Positions 10,830 through 21,458 of a stretch of 64,000 nt of DNA are shown in pieces (within the stretch, counting starts at the first letter, position 1; every line of letters begins with the position of its first letter). A program made the position numbers and the translations under genes. Under the pieces are notes generated by a model that made no database searches, was not told the DNA's origin, and saw nothing but the letters and a program-made list of their open reading frames with translations. Source of the stretch: Macrostomum lignano (Eukaryota). The stretch lies in assembly GCA_002269645.1 (NCBI GenBank), contig NIVC01002179.1, positions 62,001-126,000 of the forward strand. The letters are read 5' to 3'.

Positions 10830-11096
10830 AATAATAATAATAATTGATTACACCTGCCCTAATGAGCTGATGTGCAACCGACAGATCAGCCGCAGCTAAT
10901 GCGCGGCGCATTAAAGGCTGCGTACGGCTGTTCAGTCAAAGGACTGGGTTCGCCACACATACCCTCAGCTGGGTGAACTGAAGATGCAATGCAGAGTTAA
11001 ATGGGTCTTGCTCGATGACACAAATTCTTCCTGTGGGATTAGGAATCGAACCCCTGACCTTTCAATCGTGAGTCCGACACTCTAACCGCAAGAAGC
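10830..11096 (-). mobile_element. tRNA-derived SINE with a CORE-like body and (ATT)n tail, in intron 2
   Basis: Minus strand: GGTTAGAGTGTCGGACTCACGATTGAAAGGTCAGG-GGTTCGATTCC (B-box at 11052-11042), then GTGTCATCGAGCAAGACCCATTTAACTCT…TTCACCCAGCTG, ending in ATTATTATT. Confidence 0.6.
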
Positions 11097-11180
11097 ATCA
11101 ATACTTTTGACATGTTGTTTTTCAGGCTCACAAAATGTAACAATGTGAGCCTAAATAGGGGGTACCAACTTGACTCTTAC

Positions 11181-11801
11181 CAAACTTGAAGCTCTTCTCT
11201 GGCAGGCTTCCACTCGCAGCTGGAACGCTTGAGTACCTGAGATAGATGAAGAACCTGTCCGCATATGCCGCGCCTCGGTTCTGATATTTTCCCGGGTACT
11301 TGTTGTACACCAGGGTCGGAACGCGACCATTCCAGCCGCCGTTGCCCCACGGACAAGGGTCTTTGACGTCTGAAACCGTCCAGAATCCTTCGTCGGCCGC
11401 GCAGCCGCCGTATTTGTTGTTAATGAAGAAACGTCGCTTGTATTTTCCGTTTCCTGCTATGCTAAAAAAGTTGAAATTCGAGCGGCCAACCCAAAAAGGA
11501 TAGCTAGACTTGACATTTCTCCTGTTGAACCAGCTGGTCTTGTCAATACTGTCTCGGTTTTTTGAGACATCGAAAACAACCTGAGCCACGCGATCGTCCC
11601 CCACTCTCATTTCGGCCACCATTTCCCAGTTTCCGGATCTTGTAGCCAGCGCAGAGGGCAAATCGTCCAGCAGCTGCGATCTGTACACCTCGGGCAGCGT
11701 CCCGTCAGTGGGAATTGAGTATCTGTGCTCGTCATTGTAGCTCTCGTATGCGCTGGCGCCGCATCCAGCCTTGATGGTGAACAGCAGCAGCTTGTCACCT
11801 T
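11181..11801 (-). CDS. Secreted two-domain protein, exon 2 (first repeat domain)
   Basis: Acceptor aatttcag|AA at 11802/11801 and donor TTTG|gtaaga at 11181/11180, both phase 1. It encodes GDKLLLFTIKAG…RRFFINNKYGGCAADEGFWTVSDVKDPCPW…ADRFFIYL. Confidence 0.8.
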
Positions 11802-11893
11802 CTGAAATTTGTTCATTTGGATCACCAATTACAACAAGGAATTTATACTCGTAGTTAAGTTTTAAGCTTAGACCATTTCGATAAATCACTCAC

Positions 11894-12503
11894 CAAACCA
11901 GAGCTCGTCAGAATAAGGTCTCGAGCTGGTCTTCACCACAGGCACCCAAGACTTGGTAAGGCGCAGGCTTCGGCCGTTGCTAACGCCGAAGAAGGTAAAC
12001 TCCATAGCCGACCGGATGAAGTCACTGCTGGTGGTGCTGAAGTGCAGGGCGTTGAAAATTCTCTGGCACACGCTGCGACGTCGACAGCGAAAGAGAACAG
12101 ATTGCTGGTTTCGCTTTCTCAGGTTGGTCACAGTCAGATCGCTGCAGTTTTTTCTACACCCGCCAACAAGGCTTTGTCTAAGCTTCACGGACACAGACAT
12201 GATTGTCATTTTGCCCAGTGGCTTGTCTCTTAGCGTGGCATTGGGCTTGTTCTCAACGATCAGAGGCACAGAGAAGTAGTAGCCGTTGCCAACTGGAGTC
12301 TTTCTCACCTTGGCCTTCTCGCTCGCCTGCAGCGCGATGTACGGCTCTAGAACCTCGAGACCATCGATGCTGAAGCTTCTTAGCTTGACTCCTTTGTAAT
12401 TTAGGCGGCCAGTCTCCACCACCCCGCTGTCCTGAAAGTTAACCGACATGAAAGCGCTGCAGGCGCAAGTCGTGGCCAGGAGAAGCAGGATTAGAAATTT
12501 CAT
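11894..12503 (-). CDS. Secreted two-domain protein, exon 1 (signal peptide + ~185-aa N-terminal domain)
   Basis: ATG at 12503; MKFLILLLLATTCACSA is a hydrophobic signal peptide; donor TTTG|gtgagt at 11894/11893. Confidence 0.8.
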
Positions 12504-13532
12504 ATTGACGCAAGTTTCTGAGTCCAGTGGAAAAAAAACTTTTCCCAACGAAAGCGGGAAAACTTACTGAAAATTTTGTTATCTAAATAGTGAGAATCTT
12601 CTTCCATTTTTCTGAATCATCTGACTACGTGGAAGCCGAATCAACAGCTGCAAAATGGAGCTGACAAGAGAAGCCAGTGGGGCTATGCAAATCGATATTT
12701 TCGTTCAAAAAACTTATGGAATTATTTGACTTGACTTTTATGAAGTATGCTTCACGGCCTCACTTCTTCGGTCAAGCATTAACAGACTTTCCCGGTCCTT
12801 GAAAGCAACTTATCTAATGCATTAGCCTCAGAAACTACGGTAGCTATGCTCCCAATATCCGTTTCAACGTAAGCTCTCTTAAGTTGTGCTCACCTACTTG
12901 ACAGCTTGGATATTACTGCAATGCATGAAGCTACACTTTGACAACTTCGAAGGAAATTTTCGTATATCAATTGCTACAATAGCACTTTTTCTTGCTTTTT
13001 TCAGGCCTGGAGTGGCTGAAATTGTGCTATGATGCATGTACAGGTAAATGAAAGCGTATAAGATCAAGTTGTCTAATCGTCGACAATAAAAATGGTAACA
13101 AAAATACTAAAAAACAAGCATATAACGACTTTCAAGACGGTAATGATAGCTAATGTTGATAAAATTGATCGAATTCAGCAGATTTTATTTATTTCCTCCA
13201 TTTTCCGGGATAAAATTTCAACAGTATTCAGTAAAATAGCAAGGGAAAATGCTACCATCAGCTGTCAGTATTTTATTTGAGATAGGAACTATCTTCTTCT
13301 ATTTTCTTCAGGAACTATCTGTTTCAAAAAGCAACAATGAGTACAAGCAGACAGCCGCAGGCAAAAACGTCTGCAAAGTTCACACGGCATTTGGTCTAGA
13401 TCATTGTCAAGGTTTCATTACAAAGCCTAAACTTCGGCAACGCAGCCAGCTAAACGGGATTGCCAACAAGTTCTCTTGCAATCTCTGCTTGTATAGCCAC
13501 TATGCTAGAAATGTTTTGTCTCTATCTAGGCA

Positions 13533-14463
13533 TCTATCTATCTAATGTGCAGATTGATTTCAGAAAAACGGCTCAACCGATTTTCATGAAACTTGCACCG
13601 TACATCCGTAAAGAATCTACATTTAAACTACTTTAGGGCCCTTTAACTTGTTTTCAAGTTATGAGCACCATGTCTTCAAGTTATGAGCACCATGTCTTCA
13701 AGTTATGAGCACCATGTCTTCAAGTTATGAGCACCATGTCTTCAAGTTATGAGCACCATGTCTTCAAGTTATGAGCACCATGTCTTCAAGTTATGAGCAC
13801 CATGTCTTCAAGTTATGAGCACCATGTCTTCAAGTTATGAGCACCATGTCTTCAAGTTATGAGCACCATTGGCATCAAAGTGCAGGCAAGTAAAATTTTA
13901 TTTGTTATCGGTGAAGTTTCTGTAACCTTTTCTCATGTACAACTACACTTGTTGGCCTCAAGCAATCGAACGCTTTGTATGCATTTCTTTGAATTAAAAA
14001 CTGAAATGGAATTAGAACCCTAAACTCGACTTTCTTAGAAAGGAGGTGAAGGCCGGCAAGGAACTTGCTCGTATAATTGTTATATAGCGCAATATGTAAT
14101 ACAGGCCGTCTGTTGACTGAATTGGTTACAGTTATATTATATTTTGCATGGTAAAAAACCAACTTATATCATGTTAACTAACCAAACATTCTAAAACGCT
14201 GATAACTCTGAGAACGTAATTTCTTCCATATAATTGAGCTTCTTGTACCATAGCGCTGCTACCCTCTGATGTAGCAAAAAATTGCAAAAAGTGTTGTTGA
14301 ATCCTCTTTGCTACTTCTGCACACAGACACAAAAATCTAGCTAACTACACTTGCGCGGAATTAGGTTTGGCTACCAATAAATATCACCAGATGCACTTCT
14401 ATCCAACCAATGAAGGTGGCTAGCCTATGCAGCGCAGGTGAAATCTGTGCCATAGTCAGCTAA
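13533..14463 (+). mobile_element. Possible degenerate non-autonomous Helitron-like element
   Basis: Begins A|TCTATCTATC…AAACGGCTCAACCGATTTTCATGAAACTTG. There is a 3' hairpin GCGCAGG-TGAAA-TCTGTGC (14432-14450), then CTAA rather than CTAG. Confidence 0.3.
13656..13869. repeat. 22-bp minisatellite (TCAAGTTATGAGCACCATGTCT)
   Basis: About 9-10 near-perfect units. Confidence 0.97.
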
Positions 14464-14596
14464 CCGTTAGAATATGAGATTTGACACCCAAGTAGACAAC
14501 ATATTTTACAAAACAAGCCATATCTATCTATAGGTTAATATGCGCATAACTCACCGAGACTTAGTCAGCTGAAATTGATTGAATTATTGTTGCCAA

Positions 14597-16275
14597 ATGT
14601 CCAGCGCCAGCTCCAGTGACGCGGTCAAAGCGGTGATCCTGCGGTCGTTGGCCTCCAGCACGGTGCACGGCGTCAGCCACGCCGCGGCTACGAAGGGCGT
14701 CCCTCTGAAAGTCATGTGGTCGCTGCTGTTTGTCATTTTCTTGGGCCTCTTCTTTCACAGTGCCGTCGATCTGGTGAAGAAGATTAGCAGCCAAGGCCTG
14801 GAAAAGTCGTACGAGTTGGATAAGGTTGAGTTCGTGTTTCCCGATCTGTACTTTTGTCCGAGCAATCCCTACTCGGGAAGCTATCCGTACACGTTGACCA
14901 AAGAGGAGGCTGAGCAGATCAACTCAGAGATCGATCGCGTTAACATGCTCTGCGCTGCAAACACGCATTGTTCGCCTTTTTTTAACTTGTTTCCAAAAAG
15001 AATTGCATTCGCTTTTATCTTTCAAAGAACAATGTCTATTGATCTTGTGATGAAGCTGTTGGCCCAACGCAAGACGCAATCAGTTATCGGCGCAATGTTG
15101 TGGTCCGAGACTTGATCGCTTCACAATTTCAATATTGAAACCTTTAGCAGCGCAGAGAATTTAGTTTGCTTCAAGGTCGCACTAACCGACGAGCAGCGCG
15201 AAAATATGAAGCATAGAGGTAATAGTTTGCAATTTTGGCTTTCTTCCGACCCGTATTTTCCTGACTTTACTTTCTCGGGCCATCCCATCAAACCGATTTT
15301 AAATGTCAGCATGCATAACGAAACACTATCTATCAGCGATTTAGAATATCGCTCTGTTGTCTCAAATCTCAAGGCTCAGGTTACACTATGGTTTCAGTAC
15401 CGCCAAACGTTTATCCGGCAATAAATTACGAGTACAGTACTCAGATAGCGCCGGGACACGCATACAACATCAAAATGCGAATGGAAGAGCAAATTTGTAC
15501 TCAAAACCTGTGGGGCAAGCTCTGCGAAGATGCCCCCATCAATGTGGCTTTTGAAGATTTAAGATATGGAACGCGTGTCGACTTTAACTACAGCTACGCT
15601 GCCTGCTACTTCACCTACATGCAGCAGCAAATCATGAAGGACAAAAACTGTCAGTCAGTTGCAAAACCGCAGCTGTGGCAATACAGAAATGTATCACGTT
15701 GCTATAACTTTTCTGAGTCTGAACAATGGCAGAGCTTAGAGTCAAATGCTAACAAAGACTGCAGCAAGAAAGTGCCGTGCCGCTATTCGAGCTACTCGTC
15801 CAGCTTCTCCTTCGAGAAGTGGCCCAGCCTTGGCGGCGCTGCTGAGGGAATCGTAGCCATCCCAGAGCAGCTGAACTTGGATATCAAGAATTCACCCGCC
15901 TTGGCTAAGCTGGTGGACATGGCTCGACTCATGGCTGCTGGGAATCATTCTGCACACCTGGAGAGCATCATGCGCTTCTACATGTCCGAGGCTCTCGTGT
16001 CGGTGACCGTGTCGGCCGCATCATTGATGTCGCCGCAGGTAACGATGGGCCTGTCGTACTCGTTTACAACTTTCATGGCCGACATAGGAGGCCTACTGGG
16101 TCTGTACATTGGCTGCAGTGTGATGACATTCTGTGAGATCCTGGAACTGATTTTGACACTGGGCACGAGCTTCTGGCGGCAAGACAAAGCGGAAGGAGGC
16201 GCTAGCACTGGTGGCACAGATCCTGCTGTTGCTGTCAACAACCCCAACGAAACAGAGTTGGTTGTTTGCGTCTAG
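14597..16275 (+). CDS. DEG/ENaC (ASIC-like, amiloride-sensitive) sodium channel subunit; intronless, interrupted by an in-frame TGA (15113-15115) and a -1 frameshift (about 15320-15390); possibly a pseudogene
   Basis: Pre-TM1 HG motif (SSTVHGVSH), TM1 (VMWSLLFVIFLGLFF), FPDLYFCPSN, WGKLC, YSYAAC, and TM2 FMADIGGLLGLYIGCSVMTFCEILE with the G-x-S filter. Confidence 0.9.
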
Positions 16276-17277
16276 ACAGCAGACTGTTGTATTGTTTCAT
16301 ATGTCAATAATATGTCATTTGTGCATAATGTACGGTGCTCATGTCATACTAAATTGAAAGAACAGTAGATAATTAAGTAATGTAATTTTCATATTAGAAT
16401 ATTTCATATAGCCGTTTCAAATCAATATTCGTTTGTATATTTTCTATAAAAATCTAAACATTCATGCTTGCTCCCCATGTATGTCCAGAGTAAATGCATT
16501 ATTAGCCTGTCGACATTAACAACCCAAGGACCACTAGGAACACTTTGTTAGTCTAGTAGTCCTTGTAACAACCCCTACATAGTTTAGTGAAAGAAATTTT
16601 ACAATCGTTACCAATTTGTAGTGAATTACTATGTAATTGGAGCTGCTACTACTACGAGTATGCTTTCTGTACATGACGTTGGGAACTGCATGAATATCAT
16701 GCGATTGCCAGAGTTTATAAAGCCTTAATTCAAGGCGATTCTCACAGCAGCTATACGAGTATATTACACCGTACAATGTAATTTGTAACGCTCTTGTACG
16801 TGTGCCTATGTAAACTACGTAGGATAGAATATGCATTTAAAATTGGTGAATGCACTAAAGCTACGCAGTAATTCATGCAAGCGGCTTTTGTCCCTCGAGA
16901 GCTGTAAGCGATAAATATCAACACCCACATAAAGCGGTAGAAGTCTGATTCTTAAAAAATTGATTCTGAGAGACACGTGCAAGCAAATTATTTGTTTTGA
17001 GGGTACATGCCAATGCTTTGTCCCCCCCCCTACCCCACCTTGTAACCCGTATGGAAATCAATAATTATGCTTTCGGGCGACAAAAAATAGCGTTTGCGGT
17101 GCTAAAGTGAGTGCCTGTGGCGCCAAAATGAGAGCCTGCGGCGCCAAAATGAACGCTGACAACACCGATTCTGAAAACAATGTGTATGTAGGAATTTTAT
17201 CATGTACACGTACATGTAGAATTCTTGGCTGCGCATCCCCCCCCCACCATAAAATCCATGGCGATGCCCCCTGTTTA

Positions 17278-20200
17278 CAGTGTTGGGCAAAGTTCCGGCA
17301 CTTCCGGCACTTTTAGTACTGGAAGTTACTTTTTTAAGCGGCACTTTTTTCTGGGTTTTTTTAGAATGCCAGACTTTGGTAACGGAAGTTACTTTTTGAT
17401 AAGTCCGGCCATCCTGTACTTGAAAATGAAATTTTAGGTGCCAAACAGCCAATTTAGCACTCATATTTCCCAAAAGCGCAAAACTTTTACGAAAATACTC
17501 GTAGTACAATTATAAAAAGGTAGAAAAAGATGATTCTAGATCACGTGTTTTTTAATTTTTAAGTTAAAGCATGTTTTAAGCATCATACGGAATCATAGAA
17601 TGAAGTAATCATTGGTAACTTCTACGAGTACTATTGCTGAAACAAGACACATTCAAAACAATAAACATCCTTGTTTAACAACTCCTTGAAGTTGTCTAAC
17701 AATGATAGCTAGCAGTACATCAGGACGCTACCCTCGTGATTCGCGGAAAATTTTTTGAATGCCGATTTCTTCATTTCGATGTTCGTGCAGGACGACACGA
17801 GTGATGCATTCTAAGAGTGTTTTGACTTTTAACTCCTTTGAGGCTAATTGTAAGTTATAATTTTCTAATTGCAGCGCAAAGGCACTAATTAAGTTATTAA
17901 AAGTCCATTGGTCCATCTATCAAATTCCAGCCATTTTTGCTGTCCGGTATCAGATTTGTTGATTGTTATCTGGCATTTCTAAGGCTGCCAGAATATATAT
18001 TAGTATTGATTCTAAATGAGTCAGCAGTACAAAAGTGATGAGGACGCATCTTTTTTCAATCTTAAAACCGCACATTTAGCTTCGATGCGCTTTTTCCCCT
18101 ACTGTCAGTAGGCTAGCTTAGGATTTCCTCTCTATTCTCTCATCTAGGCTGAGTTCTATACTAATTATGACATTATTATTAATTATGTTAGATTCTCAAT
18201 GTACTTCCCTTAGACTCTAATTTTGGATTGTTTACGCATCTTTGAAGGTCAGACTGTCTGGGTCTGAGGCGGATTGACCTCTAACAGTCTTAGACAGGCG
18301 ACACTAAGTCTGGGAGGAATGTTTTTAATCTCATTCTGACCCGTTGATTTGTGACTTTTTTACTATTTTTAGTGATTTATGACGGTCTAGCTGCCACTTT
18401 TGGCTCCAGCCTGTCTGGGTCAAAGAGGTCTTTCCAGCTTTCTCCCCACTCGCTCTGTTGCTTTCTCCTTTGATTTATGGGCGTTTTGCAGTCACTTTTG
18501 GCGCCAGGATGTCTAGAAAAGTGACGTTTATTATGCTTTGCACATGATTTATGACCGCACCTGTCAACTTCCCTGGGGTCTGAAGGCCACCTGGTGGGGT
18601 GGGTTTTGGGGTCTTGAACTCAGCCAATCAGAGACGACCTGACTGCCCCCGGCTCGTCCAATCGGAAAATTCGGCGCTCGTTATAACAAATCGGCCGCAT
18701 GAGAGCTATAAAAGGCGGCAACTCGACCCGCGCTCGAAACAACTTGGCCTGATACTGCCTCCAGGCTCTTCTCCCTGCGGTCCTGCCGACCTGATCCCCC
18801 TTCCCCCGGCAGTTTCGACTAAGTTCCCCCTGAGAAGCATCATCAATATCTCCCGGCAGTGATCTAAGAGCAGCAACGACAACCGGCAAGTGAAGAGTAA
18901 CGGCGGCACTCGTCAGCTAAGATCAGCATCAGCATCCCGTCCGAGCGTTTCGGTCTCTGCGGATCCCTTGGCTACCGGCGGTTAGGTCCTCTGATTGGTT
19001 TGGTGAGATTCTTTCTTCTGAGCTGCTTAACTGGGTGCACCCTTTGTCTGACCCCTTCCTAGGTAGTCTGATAGGATTTGCACTTTTGCTTCCTTGCTTT
19101 TTGTGTGCCAATCTCGGGGCAGAAGTGTCATTTAATACTAAAAGTAGCCATTTGCTCTAACTCAATCTAAAGTGTTTAGGATTGCGGATTAAGTGAGAAA
19201 GTTAAATCTGGAAGTTAAAGACTTAGCGTTTTCTTTCTTTTTCGCAATGCCAGCTGAGATGAGCAGCTAAATCTAGAGGTAGAGGTCACGGTGGACCGGA
19301 AGCGGCACAGTTCCCAGTCAATCAGTCGATCTAAGAAATCATTATGTTAAGCATGCAAATTAAGTGCCAGACTGGCGCTCTGGCGCGGTCACAGGCAGTC
19401 AAGCGGCTAAAGTAAGTTAAGTATTAGTCTAACGATCTTCGAAAGTGACAATACATCTACATCATCGCTATCTGTCGACGTGTTAACACATTTAGTGCCA
19501 CAAGCGTGCAGTTACGTGTACTTGTACATGTACTTCTGGGAATTTGGTAATGAAATAGTACTTTTAGTAGTGTATGAAGGCTCGCCAGCGCAAGAACCCC
19601 CCTGCAGAAGTCCTCTCTGTCCCTGCATGGCCAATGCGATCTTAGTCCCAGCAGCGTCCCTTCTATTCGGCTATGACTTCGAGATAGACAGCTAAAAGAC
19701 ACTAGATGGCAGGTAAGTGCAGTGCCCCTCTAGTCGGAAGTCCGATTTCGATAGCTCTGGTTTGGTGAGCCGGGGCGCACGGACTGGTGGCAGCGGGTTG
19801 GTTAATCTGTGGATTAGCTAATTTCTACCTTTCAAATTCTCCCTGCTTGTCTCTCGCTGTCTTCTCCTAGCTATAGGACCTTGCTGCTCGCCCACAACCT
19901 AGCTACCACGGGGCTGACCATCTGATAGGAGTGAGAGGCCAGAGCTTTAAGTGATTCATTTCTGAGTTCTGAGGCCCGAAGCTACAGGCTTAAAAAGGCC
20001 GAACCCATCAAAAGTACTTACACTTATACTGTAAAACTATAGCTGCTGTAAAACTACAGCACAATACTGCTGTAGTAGCTGGCGACGAGAATAGCTCTCA
20101 CAAACTAAAAGTCGCCTAAAGTATCTACACTGATTATAATTGTGACACTTGGACAAAAATTATCTCCACACATACTTCTGAAGAGTCAGAATCAGCATTT

Positions 20201-20621
20201 GAAAATCGGCCTCCAAAATTTTTTCTGCGGATCGCGAGTGTATATCGTCCTGATGTACTGCAAATCTTTGTTTTGTAAAGTTATTGCTTATTCACTCAAA
20301 TTTTGGATGTGATAATAGCAAAAACATTATGTAGCATCTTTTGAGGAATAACAGCATGTTTAACTCAAGACCAACACGTTTTTTGTTTTTTTCATGAAGA
20401 CATGTTTAAGTACTTTTTAATTGGCGGTTCTATAAAATTAGAAAGGACCGGTAACGGAAGTACCGGCGGAAGTTACTTTTTTAAAAAGTACCGGTACCGG
20501 AACAAGTGCCGGAAGTTACTTAACCGGAAGTTACTTAACCGGAAGTTACTTAACCGGAAGTTACTTAACGGGAAGTTACTTAACCGGAAGTTACTTTTTC
20601 AGAGTAACTTGCCCAACACTG
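17278..20621. mobile_element. hAT-type DNA transposon, non-autonomous, 3.3 kb
   Basis: TIRs CAGTGTTGGGCAA at 17278 and its reverse complement ending at 20621. Flanks are CCTGTTTA / CCTGTTAG (a degenerate 8-bp TSD), with subterminal GGAAGTTACTT repeats at both ends. No intact transposase ORF. Confidence 0.75.
18621..18714 (+). promoter_or_regulatory. Pol II promoter-like module (CCAAT boxes + TATAAAAG) inside the hAT element
   Basis: CAGCCAATCA at 18621, CCAAT at about 18658, TATAAAAG at 18707-18714, followed by GC-rich sequence. Confidence 0.45.
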
Positions 20622-20980
20622 CCTGTTAGATTAGGCTGGATAAAACCTGCATTTAAAAAAATCTAAATAAATGTATTAGAAACACAAGCTGCTTTTTAAT
20701 AAATGATTAGTAGTTAAAAATGACACAGCTGCAAAAATTCTGAGCTGGTACTTTCCTTGCTGCAAATTTTCTCCACTGGCAATTTTCCGGCTGGCAAAGT
20801 TCGTAGAAACTAGGATGGGCCGTTAGGGTTGAATTGGATCACTAAATCAACACATAAGGCAAACAATTCAGACAAAGAAGTTTGCTTCCATTTTTCATGT
20901 ACACATTGGCTCAATTTGTAATGAACGTAAGAATTCAAAATGTATTTGTAGGCTTTATGCTTATAACTTCGTCTTCTCTA

Positions 20981-21458
20981 GGGAGGGGGGGGGGTTCACA
21001 AACTCGAAATTTCACAACGTCGAAAGCATGCACCTTCTTTCACAAGATGGAAATTTCACAAGGTCGAAATTTCATAACATCGAAAACTCAAATAGCAACC
21101 ACTTTCACAAGGTCGAAACTTCACAATGTCGAAATTTCATAACATCGAAAACTCAAATAACTGCAGCCACTTTCACAAGGTCGAAACTTCACAAGGTCGA
21201 AATTTCACAACGTAGAAAACTACTGCATAGTTCTTGTTATATTAAGTTTTCGACGTTGTGAAATTCCGAGCTTATGAAGTTTCGAAATTGTGAAAGTGGC
21301 TGCTATTTGAGTTTTCGATGTTATGAAATTTCGACCTTATGAAGTCTCTTGCTAAAGTTTTCGATGTTGTGAAATTTCAACCTTGTGAAGTTTGGATCTT
21401 GTGAAATAATTTACTTTTCGACGTTGTGAAATTTTGACCTTGTGAAAGCATCCCTCTC
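20981..21458. mobile_element. Foldback-type MITE with long, internally repetitive TIRs, flanked by TA
   Basis: TTTCACAAGGTCGAAA-type repeats at 21000-21210 are mirrored by TTTCGACCTTGTGAAA-type repeats at 21250-21450. Ends are TA|GGGAGGG and CCCTCTC|TA. Confidence 0.7.

Noticed and set aside
11030-11096. tRNA-Val(CAC) gene
   Set aside because: The acceptor and anticodon stems pair poorly, and the sequence runs into a SINE body and tail.
10098-12279. + strand ORFs (10098, 10177, 11300, 11953) and similar ones at 2216, 5157, 15978, 35220
   Set aside because: They are antisense shadows of real GC-rich genes.
17728-17916. ORF as a hAT transposase remnant
   Set aside because: Only 62 aa, with no convincing CxxH or DDE motif.
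20080-20089. TGGCGACGAG as a Gypsy primer-binding site
   Set aside because: No adjacent LTR ending in CA, no second LTR, and no gag/pol.
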